Positions 51,623 through 61,263 of a stretch of DNA of 64,000 bases are shown piece after piece. Location: assembly GCA_963722305.1 (NCBI GenBank), contig CAVRKE010000001.1, positions 501,549 through 565,548 on the forward strand, read 5' to 3'. How positions within the stretch are numbered: position 1 is the stretch's first letter; every line of letters starts with the position of its first letter. The position numbers and the translations under genes are program-made. Origin of the DNA: Candidatus Levyibacteriota bacterium. Lineage in GTDB: Bacteria > Patescibacteriota > Microgenomatia > Levybacterales > UBA12049. The notes beneath the pieces were generated by a model that ran no database searches, was not told where the DNA came from, and worked only from the letters and a program-made list of their open reading frames with translations.

Positions 51623-54600
51623 TTATTGAGTCGGTGTTATGGTTGGAGTTGAAGATTCAACCTGATTTAGAATTGATTGGAACGCCGCCGACTGGGTCGC
51701 TTGCGGTTCGGGTGTGGGCACTACCGGCTCCAGTCCCGCAGTTTTGGCATCCTGGACTGAAAGCGCCACCCAGGAAAAGTTAATATCTTCGGGTGCGGGT
51801 TTATTCAGCCGAATTGTAAATCCCTGGGTAGTTCTATCGGTAATCACATAAGAAAGATTACCGTTAAGGATGGCATCTTCCAAAGCTTTCTGGGCCACCT
51901 GGTCATTTATTTTGTCAAGGGCAATACTGGCAGTGACAACCGGTGTGTCGGCATACTCGTTGTCAAAAGTCACCGAAACAGTATCCTCTCCCTGCTTAAT
52001 CACCGCAAATCCGGCCGTATCGCTGTTGAAAGTCGGAGTTGAATTAAATCTGACGTTACCCTTAAACACCACGTCGTTCATAAAGTAACTAAAGCCGGAA
52101 ACGAGGAAATTATTGGTCGTCAGACTATCAAGAACATTCAAAGCGCCCTGGATAAGGCCGTTACCCGCAACATTTAAGTCGGCCGAAATAGTGGCCAAAC
52201 CGTTAACGTTCAAATCGGAAAGGTTGAGGGTTGAGGGAAGGGTTGTTGTCGCCGATGGCGTGGCTGTTGCCAATTCTCCGCTTTGAGTGGCATCGGAAAG
52301 AACCGCTACGCTATTAGATAGTGCTGAAATTTGGTTGGTCAGTATTTCCAAACCCTCAATATGGTCGGCCCTGATGGTTTTGGCAGTAATTAAGTCGGCG
52401 ACAATTTCCGGGCTGATTACCTCGCCGGCCGCCACTGTTCCGGTGAAAACTTCCGAAGAATTAAACGCTGCCGAACCGGCGTCCTTAAGGCTTTGCAGGT
52501 ATACCAAAGTATTTTGGTCACCGCTGGAAATTTGGTTCATGTAGGAATCAAGGCCGGTATCCCCATAGATATCGGCAAACCCCGCACTGGTCGAAGCCAC
52601 AAAGTTTTCGTCCGCCATTGCCAGCTCGACACTTTCGCCGTTATAGCTGGTTAAGTTAACAAAGACCGTGATAGTTCCGCATTGGGTGGTTGACAAACTG
52701 CCTGCCCCTTGGGCCGGACAATCGGAAACTTCGGTTGGGTCGGTCGGGTCAAAATCCTCAATAGCAGTTCCCAACACTCTGCCGGCCACCGTGGCTTTCA
52801 TCGCGTAACCGGGAATTGAAGACGATGTCAGGTAATCACCGGAATGGATTGGCCCGTTTTCGGTGGAAACCAGCACGGGCACGCGTCCCACAAGGGCGAT
52901 GGGATAAGAATCCGGTGTGTAAGCACCCGCTACGAATCCCGGGTCTGTTGAAACCACTCCCATGATGTTACTTTGGTATTGCATAGTTGACTGAATCACA
53001 TTTTGTGCATTAAATTGGTCGCCGACCACCACTTCTCCCGGATTTAAAGTTTGGGTGGAGGTGTAATTTTCCGCTAAATCCGCCCCGCCCGAGTTCCACG
53101 CCCCGCCTGCGGCTGTGTAAGCCTGTCCGTCGGCGGCAAACCTAAAGGCATTCATTCCTTCACTGGTTAAAGTCAAAATATTCGGGTCTGTGGTATTTGC
53201 CAGTCTCCAGTACTGCAAAGTTGGCGTCTGTATCTGCCTATAATAATCAACTGAACCTCCGCTATCTATTCCTGACCAAACTCTCTCTTTCTCATAAGGC
53301 ATATTTGGCATTGTTCCAGTAAGGGTAAACTTAAACTGCGCCCAGGTGTCGCCGGCATTTGGATTAATCAATCCACCGGCTTTTTCGACATCATTCCAGT
53401 TGGTGGCCGTCATGGCGGCCAAACTTGAACCGGTTCTTGATTGGACTCCGATTGCCCCCTGCCCGACATTTTTCCAGTCGAGCGAAGTATTGGCAGTAAG
53501 GTTATTGGAATTTATTGGTTCAGTCACATACGTCCCCTGTAAATTCCAGCCGGCATCAATGATCATTGTATTGGAACTGCCTCCTACAATGACTACAAAT
53601 TTTCCATCCGGTCTTTGAAAAACATTTGTGCCCGCAGCTAAATTGCTAGGCGAAGGTAACGTCGGGCCTGCCCAAGTTCCTCCTACAACCTGTACAGAAG
53701 GGTCCACAATTGTTGTCGAGGTTGCCCCGCCGTTTGCCCACAGTATTTTTCCATCCGGCAAAGGAATTGTAAATGCGCCCGCTCCGGCATTGGCAGACAA
53801 AACTTCACCGAGCGCGGCGGTAAACGTACCAAGTCTTGCATCATAAAGATAAATCGTAGTCGCGGCTGTTCCTCTGGTTTGCAGCCAGTTGCCGTTGGAA
53901 ATTTGCACAGTGGTTGCGTTTGCCCCGTATGCAGCAGTGGTAGCAGGGCCAACAACAAAAGAGTTGCTTGATTCTTCATAGATATCGGTTACCGCACTGG
54001 TCCCTAAAAAGACAAGGTATTTTCCGTCAGGCCTTTTAATGCTGTAGGCTCCAGCGGTGACCGTTGATGTAGTGGCCGGACCGGCTGTAAATGAATTTAA
54101 GAACGGGTCGTAAATGTTGGTATTGGCTGTTGCACCTCCCAAAATTATCAGAAATCTTCCATCAGAGCGCAAAATAGCATGAGCGCCTGCGCCAATTGCG
54201 GCTGTTACGCTAGGTCCGGCGAAAAAAATATTTCTGACCGGATCATAAATATCTGTAAGCTGAGAGGCGCCTATAAACAACATAAACTGCCCGTTGGGTA
54301 AAGGTATCGAGAATGAACCGGTATTCGGATTGCTCGCCCCAACCGTTGTCGGACCGACAGTGAACAAACCGGTAGTCGAATCATACATTCTGGTTGCGTT
54401 TGAATTACCAGCTAAGATAATCAAAAACTTACCGTTTGGCAACTGTAGAGTGTGGGACCCTGTTCCAGCAGTGCCGCCCAAGTCCGCCGAGGCAGATGCA
54501 ACAATAATATCGGCATTAGAACTTGGCACGCTGCCATTTTCAAACGTTGCCAAAGTAACGGAATCGGAATCGCCAGTAACTGTTCCGTTAAAAACCGCGC

Positions 54601-57600
54601 TTTGGGTGGCGGCGTTTCTATCTTCGGTTGAATCACTGGCCAGTACTCCACCGTAGCCGGCAATTGGATTCTGGATTTTGAAATCATAAAGCGTCGGTTG
54701 GGTAATTTGGCGCACGTACTCGGTTGAACCCTCTGACGCCCACATGTTGCTTGGCACTGCCGTTCCTACCACTTGGTTATAAGGCGGGGCAATCGGCGAG
54801 TTGAATTGAATTTGAACCTTGACTTGAGTCGCACCCGGCATAGTTTGAATCAAATCGCCGTTGTTTTGAATTAAGTTGTAACTCACACTGCCAAGATTCC
54901 CGTTAACAGCCGTTTTGACATAAACCTCGACTCCGGCCGAAGGCGACGCCGAAACCGCAGGCGTCGAATCCCAAAAAATCGCCGAATAGGTGGAAATTTT
55001 TGTGCTGGTAATATCTTCCGATGTCCAAACACCACCAGTCCTCCAACCTACGTCATAAACCGTCGAGTTTGTACCAAGTGCACCGTTAAGAATTAAATAA
55101 CTTCCGTTATCTCTCTGGAATACGCCGCCCCCTACCCCAACCGAATTAGGTAAATTATTGGTAACCTGCGTCAGACTGCCGGTTGTACCGGAGGTCGGGT
55201 CGTAAAGATATGTCGCTTTTGAACCGTTGCCAACCGTAATTATCCATTTGTTGTTGGCCATTTGAAAAGCGGTTGAACCGGTGCCGACTTTATCACTAAA
55301 TTGCGGTCCGGCTGTAAATGTGTTAGTGGCAAAATTATAAATATCCGTATTGATATTATTGTTGGCATCAATCACCATAAACCTGCCATCAGGCAGTTGC
55401 AAAACATTGGCGCCGGTACCCGCAGCCGACTGGAGCGTCGGTCCGGCCGAAAAAGTACTGGTTACAGGATCATAAATATTGGTGGTAGTGGTGTTACCGC
55501 CCAGGATTACTATCCACTTTCCGTCCTGACGCTGGAAAACCGCCGAACCGGAAGCGACAATATTACCTGCTCCCGATAAAGCCGGCCCCTGGGCCATAGT
55601 GTTGGCAACCGGGTCATACAATGCGCTATATTGTGAACCGCCGAGTAAAACCAGGAACTTGCCGTCGGAATGCGGAATAACGCGGGAACCACCGCCGGCG
55701 ATATACTGGACGCCGCCAATTACTGGCAGATTCGGGCCAACCGCGATTGAACCAAAATTATTACTTCCGGCCGGGTCATAAATATCGCTTCTGTTGGCAT
55801 AAGTGATTACGAATTTCCCATCCTGTCTTTGGAAAACCGCCGAGCCGGAACCAATGGTTGCAGTTAAGTTAGGTCCGACGGTAAAAGTATTGGTCGGCAC
55901 GCTATACGTGTAAATTCTGGCGCTGGCAGCCGATACTCCGCCTAAAAATGCTACTACTCCGTTTTGCTGCCGCATAATTGCCGAACCCGAAGAAATTGGG
56001 ATTACCGTTGAAGGTGCGCCGGTGGAAGTTGGATTGATAGTGCTTGCAGTTAAAGAATTATCAACCTGCATTGAAATATCATTATTTGCAATTGAAACGT
56101 TAGTTGAACAGTATCCACTGCCGCTGCAGAAAGTTCCTTGGGTAAAGTCTGAAGTGGTGTTTTTAGTGATATCATCGTTGGTTGAATTTCCGGCAATTCT
56201 AGCAGAACCGACAACGTCAAGATTGTAACCGGAATTAGCTAAAGAACCGCCAATCCCGACACTGCCGTTTTGGTTAACGACAAATCTGGTTGCCCCGGAA
56301 GCAGAAGCGGCAATCAAAGCGCCGGTTCCCGAATTGTCGACGACCAGACCAGCAAAAGAAGTTGCCCCGGAAATGGAGGCGATAGCAATTGTGCCATTAT
56401 TAAGTCTGACATCAAAGTTTGCCAGAGGAGTAGTTCCGTCAGTGTTAATCCCCACCAAACCTGAGCCGCCCGGATTAATCGCAAAGTTTTGGTTAGTTGC
56501 GGTGCTGATTGTATCAATACCGGTTCCGGTAAAGCTAATTCCCGAACCATTGCCGGCCATCACTAAATTCCCGTTTTGCTGAACGGTGAATAAAGGCACG
56601 CCGGAGGCTGAAGCCGTAAAAATATCTCCTGTTCCCAACTGGTTTATTGTTAATCCCGCAAAAGAACTATTTCCGGAGAAAGAAGCTACTCCCAAAGTTC
56701 CGCTGGAACCCCGAACATCCAAAGTGGCAAGCGGCGCGGTGGTGCCAATACCAATCATGGCGCTGGCGGTAGCGTTGTTGACACCTAAAATACTACCTAA
56801 GATTAAACTGTTGTTTTGTGTTACATAAGCATTGGCTCCAATGGCTGTGGCGTTAATCAGATTGCCTAAACCAACATCGGCACCATACCCCAAAAGCGTA
56901 TTTAAGCCTCCAACGTCAATTGTCTGTCCTGCCTGATCACCCACGGCAGTATTGTTGGTACCAAGAGTCGTACTTTGACCCGCCTGATAGCCGAGGAAGG
57001 AGTTTTGAAAACCGGCGGTGTTGGAAAAACCTGCTCTGCCACCGAGGAAGGAATTGTTATATCCGGCGTTATTGTTATAACCTGCATAAAACCCGAGGAA
57101 GGAATTGTTATACCCGCTGGTATTGAGCCAACCTGCCATATAGCCGAGGAAGGAGTTGTCGTATCCGGTCAGGTTGGATAAGCCCGCCGTTTCGCCAAAG
57201 AAGGAGTTTTGGTATCCGGTGGTGTTATTTTGACCTGCGTAAGATCCGAGGAAGGAATTTTGGTATCCGGTCAGGTTGGATAAGCCTGCATAAAATCCAA
57301 CGAAGGAATTGTTATTCCCGGCGGTATTAGCACCACCTGCAGAATCTCCAACGAAGGAATTATTGTATCCGGTGGTATTAGAATTACCTGCATAAGCTCC
57401 GAGGAAGGAATTGTAGGATCCGCTGGTATTAACACTACCTGCATTCATACCAAGGAAGGAGTTATTAGATCCGGTAGTATTATATTCACCTGCGCCATTT
57501 CCAAAGAAGGAGTTTAGAGATCCGGTGGTGTTGCTTTGGCCTGCCTGATAGCCGATGAACGAGTTAGAGCCACCAGTGGTGTTGGATTGACCTGCGTTTA

Positions 57601-60600
57601 GGCCGATAAAGGTATTGGATTTGCCCGATCCTCCGTTTCTAAAATCTATTGCGGTTGTGCCGTTAGAGTTTAAAATTGTGGCAATCGGACTAACTGTATT
57701 TACTTGCCTGAGGATAACGTTATCAATTGTTCCGTACCAATTCATCGTTGGGGTAAAAGTAAGGTCTCCCGCGCCGAAAGAAGTAATCAGTTGGGTGTCG
57801 GTTTTACTCATGTTGACGTCTTGACCGACGGCTGTACCGTTTGTTCCTCCAACACCCGGAGTTAAGGAACCGGAAGAAGTACCGGTAGTTGTAAAAGTGT
57901 AAGTCAGCTCATAAGTACCGGCAGCAATAAGCGTATCAAAATCAGTCGTGTTATTAGTTAAAGTAAATACCCCTGTTCCCGGAGCATCTTTAGCCGCAAC
58001 ACCACTTGAATTAACATTAACATTCCACGGGGGCTGTCCGCCTGATGTTGTCCAGTGGCCGGTGCCCGAAAATTGACTATCGTTAGCAACGTTCTTAATC
58101 TTATTCGCTTGTACATAACTAGCGACGTCTCCGCCAACAACTCCCTCAATCGCCAGTTTTGCTGTTGGCGTATTTGTTCCAATCCCGACATTGCCGTTAT
58201 TTTGTATTACAAACTTCGTCCAACCACTGGCGGAGGCGGTAAATAAATCCCCAACGCCGTCATTGTTGGCCACCAAAGAAGCAAAGGATGTTGCTCCGGA
58301 AATTGAAGCAATGGCGATTGTCCCAACGTTAGGCCTAACATCAAAATTGGCCAGAGGAGTAGTTCCGTCGGTGTTGATGCCAAAAAGACCGGTGCCGCCC
58401 GGATTAATCGCGAAGTTTTGGTTACTGGCAGTGGTAATAGTATTTAATCCTGAAGTTCCCGAGAAGTTAAGGTCTGCTCCGTTCCCCGACAATGTGATTC
58501 CGGTTGTTCCTGCCAAAGTCAAGTTGCCGGACGAATCAATGTAATTTGTGGCGCCAAAAAACTGCAGGTTGCCGGTTGAACCGGAATTAAGAGTTAGAGT
58601 GTTTCCACCGGTGTTTGTAATTGACGGGCTAGAACCGGTAAAAGCCAGATTTCCGCCATTACTTAAGGAGGCAAAAGTGCCAGCCCCAAGGCCCGTTACA
58701 GACCACTGAGCATCATTAAGTGCCAGATCACCGCTTGAAGCATTGCCGATGGTGATAGTTCCGGCATTTGAACCCGTACCAATGTTGGTGGTATTACTGC
58801 CCGAAGTATTAATACTGGTTGCACCCAAAACGGTTAAACCACCCAGAGTTCCCACCGAAGTTAAGGAAGAGCCGGTCACTCCCGAGCCTAAAGTAGTGGT
58901 AGACAAAACGGAAGTGCCTCCGATTTGGTATGCTCCCGAAGCGTTAACATTACCGGCATTGGAAATTGTGAACCTCGGCCAACCGGAAGCGGAGGCAGTA
59001 AATAAGTCCCCGACGCCATTGTTATTGGCCACTAAAGTTGCGAATGAAGTTGTTCCGGAGATGGAGGCCACCGCTAAAGTGCCGGAACTGCCCCGAACAT
59101 CCAGGGTTACGAAGGGAGCAGTTGTGCCGATACCAATATAGCCGGTATTATCCCGGATAGTCATGGCAGTTGCCCAGGTGTTCAGTCCTGACTTGTAGCC
59201 AAAGTTTAAAGTGCCGTTCCCCGGCTCAATGGTAGAGCTGTTTGTTCCTCCCAACACTAAAGTGGCAGAGATGGAAGCGCTACCGGTCGGAGCACCGATA
59301 TTGACTACTGTGGCAGCTCCGGCAAGATTAAGTGTGCCGGTTAATCCGGTATTAAATACAGCCAGAGATCCGGAAGTTTGGTTAGTAGCAATGGTTGTAC
59401 CATTAAGCGTGATTGTTCCCGAAGCACCGCCCATAGTTAGAGTTGTCGTTGCGCCACCATAGGTGATTGATGTCGGCGTCGCCAATTCCGTAACCGTAGC
59501 CAGACTGGAATTAATGTTTGAGGCGTTAAGATTGATGACGCTTCCTGCCGCCGAGTTTAATGGAGCAAGAGTAATATTGCCGCTGGTATTCCCGCCAATG
59601 GTTAAGAGCTGGTTATTGGTCGTTTGAATAGCCCCTGTTCCATAGATACTAAAAGTTAAATTACCGGAGATAGAAGCATTACCACCCAACTCATTAGTGC
59701 CACTGGTATAAGGCATCACAACCAGGTTGCCGCCGACTGTGGCAACCGGCGTCCCGCCAGCGAGGTTTAAAACCGCAAAGGCAGCCGAACTGGTTGCTTG
59801 TGAACCGATTAGAAAATCCGCAGTTGAGTTAATCGGCGTAATATATCCTCCTCCAACACCGCTAACCAAATTCCAGTAATTCGCTCCACCGCAACCGCTA
59901 CAAGACATAACCGTTAAGGCTCCGCCCTTGGTAATATGCCAGGAGTTACCTGTTCCCTCAATATCGTAAGAATAGCCGGAGGTTGTGCCTGATAAATTAA
60001 GCTGCAGACCTACCTGGTTAAACGAGCCGTTCGCTCCCGAAAGGTTTAAGGCCAAACCAACTACCCCCCCGGTTTGCGAAGTTGAGTTGGTAAGATTGGC
60101 CAAAGTACCGGTTGAACCCGTATCGGCATAGATTAAACCCGTGCCTGAATTTGGTAGTTTAACCGTAACACCATTTGCTACCTGCAAGGTGCCGGAGGTC
60201 GAGGCGTTTCCGGAGGTGTCCTGAACGGTTAGGCCGGCCACCTGTTGGGCATTAAAGGCAAACGGGACTGCGGCCATCTGAATTCTGGGAGTCATTTCGG
60301 AATCACTCCCTACTTTGACTCCCAGATAGAGTCCATCCCAATTGAAATTAAAATTGGCAGGAAATGCAACATTAGAGCCCAAAGCCACTCGGAAAATTCC
60401 GTCAACCGTGGTTACCGAATCTGTTTCTTGCCAGAGGTAACCCGAAGCCGGACTACCCGCGGTTGGGTGGTTATAGAAAGAGAAAGTCACCGAGTAGGTG
60501 CTATTGGTGACATTCGTTCCGGCGGCGTTAACCAGTTTTCCCTGAAAATTGATGGTGCGGTTAATGCCCGGCGCAGCCCACACCGGCTTTGTGAAAAATA

Positions 60601-60676
60601 GCGAAAAATTGGCAAGAAAAAAGACTATTGCCAAAACGGTCAAAAAGTGTCTAAAATTAGAGTGTGGTTTAAACAT
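51623..60676 (-). CDS. Giant secreted/surface protein (3017 aa): repeated tail-fibre-like modules, 14-residue YadA-head-like repeats, two Kelch-like beta-propeller arrays
   Basis: Uninterrupted 9-kb ORF with an N-terminal signal/anchor (LTVLAIVFFLANFSLFFTKPVWA|AP). The module GIGTTAP..LDVRG..GT.A.ASISG.TSFA.LV.N..G.GDLFTASASG occurs four times. About 14 copies of NSF.G..AG..NT.G. About 14 blades of ..DGKF.VI.GG....T.IYDP....F..GP...... Confidence 0.85.
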   Translation of the reverse strand: MFKPHSNFRHFLTVLAIVFFLANFSLFFTKPVWAAPGINRTINFQGKLVNAAGTNVTNSTYSVTFSFYNHPTAGSPASGYLWQETDSVTTVDGIFRVALGSNVAFPANFNFNWDGLYLGVKVGSDSEMTPRIQMAAVPFAFNAQQVAGLTVQDTSGNASTSGTLQVANGVTVKLPNSGTGLIYADTGSTGTLANLTNSTSQTGGVVGLALNLSGANGSFNQVGLQLNLSGTTSGYSYDIEGTGNSWHITKGGALTVMSCSGCGGANYWNLVSGVGGGYITPINSTADFLIGSQATSSAAFAVLNLAGGTPVATVGGNLVVMPYTSGTNELGGNASISGNLTFSIYGTGAIQTTNNQLLTIGGNTSGNITLAPLNSAAGSVINLNASNINSSLATVTELATPTSITYGGATTTLTMGGASGTITLNGTTIATNQTSGSLAVFNTGLTGTLNLAGAATVVNIGAPTGSASISATLVLGGTNSSTIEPGNGTLNFGYKSGLNTWATAMTIRDNTGYIGIGTTAPFVTLDVRGSSGTLAVASISGTTSFATLVANNNGVGDLFTASASGWPRFTISNAGNVNASGAYQIGGTSVLSTTTLGSGVTGSSLTSVGTLGGLTVLGATSINTSGSNTTNIGTGSNAGTITIGNASSGDLALNDAQWSVTGLGAGTFASLSNGGNLAFTGSSPSITNTGGNTLTLNSGSTGNLQFFGATNYIDSSGNLTLAGTTGITLSGNGADLNFSGTSGLNTITTASNQNFAINPGGTGLFGINTDGTTPLANFDVRPNVGTIAIASISGATSFASLVANNDGVGDLFTASASGWTKFVIQNNGNVGIGTNTPTAKLAIEGVVGGDVASYVQANKIKNVANDSQFSGTGHWTTSGGQPPWNVNVNSSGVAAKDAPGTGVFTLTNNTTDFDTLIAAGTYELTYTFTTTGTSSGSLTPGVGGTNGTAVGQDVNMSKTDTQLITSFGAGDLTFTPTMNWYGTIDNVILRQVNTVSPIATILNSNGTTAIDFRNGGSGKSNTFIGLNAGQSNTTGGSNSFIGYQAGQSNTTGSLNSFFGNGAGEYNTTGSNNSFLGMNAGSVNTSGSYNSFLGAYAGNSNTTGYNNSFVGDSAGGANTAGNNNSFVGFYAGLSNLTGYQNSFLGSYAGQNNTTGYQNSFFGETAGLSNLTGYDNSFLGYMAGWLNTSGYNNSFLGFYAGYNNNAGYNNSFLGGRAGFSNTAGFQNSFLGYQAGQSTTLGTNNTAVGDQAGQTIDVGGLNTLLGYGADVGLGNLINATAIGANAYVTQNNSLILGSILGVNNATASAMIGIGTTAPLATLDVRGSSGTLGVASFSGNSSFAGLTINQLGTGDIFTASASGVPLFTVQQNGNLVMAGNGSGISFTGTGIDTISTATNQNFAINPGGSGLVGINTDGTTPLANFDVRLNNGTIAIASISGATSFAGLVVDNSGTGALIAASASGATRFVVNQNGSVGIGGSLANSGYNLDVVGSARIAGNSTNDDITKNTTSDFTQGTFCSGSGYCSTNVSIANNDISMQVDNSLTASTINPTSTGAPSTVIPISSGSAIMRQQNGVVAFLGGVSAASARIYTYSVPTNTFTVGPNLTATIGSGSAVFQRQDGKFVITYANRSDIYDPAGSNNFGSIAVGPNLPVIGGVQYIAGGGSRVIPHSDGKFLVLLGGSQYSALYDPVANTMAQGPALSGAGNIVASGSAVFQRQDGKWIVILGGNTTTTNIYDPVTSTFSAGPTLQSAAGTGANVLQLPDGRFMVIDANNNINTDIYNFATNTFTAGPQFSDKVGTGSTAFQMANNKWIITVGNGSKATYLYDPTSGTTGSLTQVTNNLPNSVGVGGGVFQRDNGSYLILNGALGTNSTVYDVGWRTGGVWTSEDITSTKISTYSAIFWDSTPAVSASPSAGVEVYVKTAVNGNLGSVSYNLIQNNGDLIQTMPGATQVKVQIQFNSPIAPPYNQVVGTAVPSNMWASEGSTEYVRQITQPTLYDFKIQNPIAGYGGVLASDSTEDRNAATQSAVFNGTVTGDSDSVTLATFENGSVPSSNADIIVASASADLGGTAGTGSHTLQLPNGKFLIILAGNSNATRMYDSTTGLFTVGPTTVGASNPNTGSFSIPLPNGQFMLFIGASQLTDIYDPVRNIFFAGPSVTAAIGAGAHAILRSDGRFLIILGGATANTNIYDPFLNSFTAGPATTSTVTAGAYSIKRPDGKYLVFLGTSAVTDIYEESSNSFVVGPATTAAYGANATTVQISNGNWLQTRGTAATTIYLYDARLGTFTAALGEVLSANAGAGAFTIPLPDGKILWANGGATSTTIVDPSVQVVGGTWAGPTLPSPSNLAAGTNVFQRPDGKFVVIVGGSSNTMIIDAGWNLQGTYVTEPINSNNLTANTSLDWKNVGQGAIGVQSRTGSSLAAMTATNWNDVEKAGGLINPNAGDTWAQFKFTLTGTMPNMPYEKERVWSGIDSGGSVDYYRQIQTPTLQYWRLANTTDPNILTLTSEGMNAFRFAADGQAYTAAGGAWNSGGADLAENYTSTQTLNPGEVVVGDQFNAQNVIQSTMQYQSNIMGVVSTDPGFVAGAYTPDSYPIALVGRVPVLVSTENGPIHSGDYLTSSSIPGYAMKATVAGRVLGTAIEDFDPTDPTEVSDCPAQGAGSLSTTQCGTITVFVNLTSYNGESVELAMADENFVASTSAGFADIYGDTGLDSYMNQISSGDQNTLVYLQSLKDAGSAAFNSSEVFTGTVAAGEVISPEIVADLITAKTIRADHIEGLEILTNQISALSNSVAVLSDATQSGELATATPSATTTLPSTLNLSDLNVNGLATISADLNVAGNGLIQGALNVLDSLTTNNFLVSGFSYFMNDVVFKGNVRFNSTPTFNSDTAGFAVIKQGEDTVSVTFDNEYADTPVVTASIALDKINDQVAQKALEDAILNGNLSYVITDRTTQGFTIRLNKPAPEDINFSWVALSVQDAKTAGLEPVVPTPEPQATQSAAFQSILNQVESSTPTITPTQ
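56900..57616 (-). repeat. In-frame 42-bp tandem repeat array (~14-17 units) inside the giant gene
   Basis: The plus strand shows a periodic ..CCGAGGAAGGAATT.. every 42 bp, encoding NSF(L/F/V/I)G..AG..NT(T/S)G... Confidence 0.85.
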
Positions 60677-60707
60677 TAATTAATACTACCTACGGTAGTA
60701 TTAATTA
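60677..60707. promoter_or_regulatory. Perfect 14-bp inverted repeat (3-nt spacer) directly abutting the giant-gene start codon
   Basis: TAATTAATACTACC TAC GGTAGTATTAATTA. The ATG of 51623..60676 occupies 60676-60674. Confidence 0.6.
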
Positions 60708-60802
60708 CAGCAATTATAAGGCTGGAGGTCAAATCCTAGAAAGACTTGCATATTATTATTTATAATTGTATACTATTGCATAGCTAATTTTTCACGATAA
60801 TT

Positions 60803-61084
60803 ATGGAAAACCTAATGAATGTTAAGCAAGTTGCGTTTATTCTTAAAGTCCATCCCCTAACGGTTCGCCGTTACATAAAAAGCGGAAAATTAAAAGCAGT
60901 CAGGGCCGGCGGCAATGTCCGGATTAAGGAATCAAGTCTGACGGAATTTAACAAAGACTTTACCACTGCTTCCTCACAAAGACAAATTATTAAAAGCAGA
61001 CTCCGCCCGGCAAAGATTTTTACGCTTGACGACCCGTTATTTAGGCTCAGAGGCCGTGGAGCAAGCCTGAACTTAAGCCCCTGA
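60803..61084 (+). CDS. Excisionase/MerR-type HTH DNA-binding protein (93 aa), possible antitoxin-like partner
   Basis: MNVKQVAFILKVHPLTVRRYIKSGKLKAVRAGGNVRI. A TTGCAT-N17-TATACT promoter lies upstream (about 60747-60775). Confidence 0.6.
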   Translation: MENLMNVKQVAFILKVHPLTVRRYIKSGKLKAVRAGGNVRIKESSLTEFNKDFTTASSQRQIIKSRLRPAKIFTLDDPLFRLRGRGASLNLSP

Positions 61085-61109
61085 GATTTAGAATTATGAA
61101 GCTAGAATT

Positions 61110-61220
61110 ATGAATCAAGGAAAAATACAATCATTTACAGATTTACATGAATGGCAAGAAGCTCAAGAATTAACCATGATCTTTCAGAAAATGACTAATT
61201 CTTTGAGAAATGCTAATTAA
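61110..61220 (+). pseudogene. Truncated remnant of a four-helix-bundle (23S-IVS-type) protein gene
   Basis: MNQGKIQSFTDLHEWQEAQELTMIF matches the I.SF.DL..WQ.A.EL N-terminus of that family. The ORF stops after 36 codons. Confidence 0.4.
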
Positions 61221-61263
61221 ATCATTCACTGAAAATTGTAAATTGAAAAATGAAAATTGAATT

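Noticed and set aside
56900-57616. A regular 42-bp periodicity that could be mistaken for a CRISPR array
   Set aside because: It lies inside an uninterrupted 9-kb ORF. The period is a multiple of 3, and every unit encodes the same 14-aa motif (NSF.G..AG..NT.G). There are no repeat/unique-spacer alternation and no cas genes.
51870-60601. About 25 short track ORFs on both strands inside the giant gene, and similar ones inside mrdA, mgtA, galU and the carboxyltransferase gene
   Set aside because: They are nested in or antisense to long, motif-supported ORFs. Their repetitive Gly/Thr/Pro-rich peptides simply reflect the repeats of the host gene.
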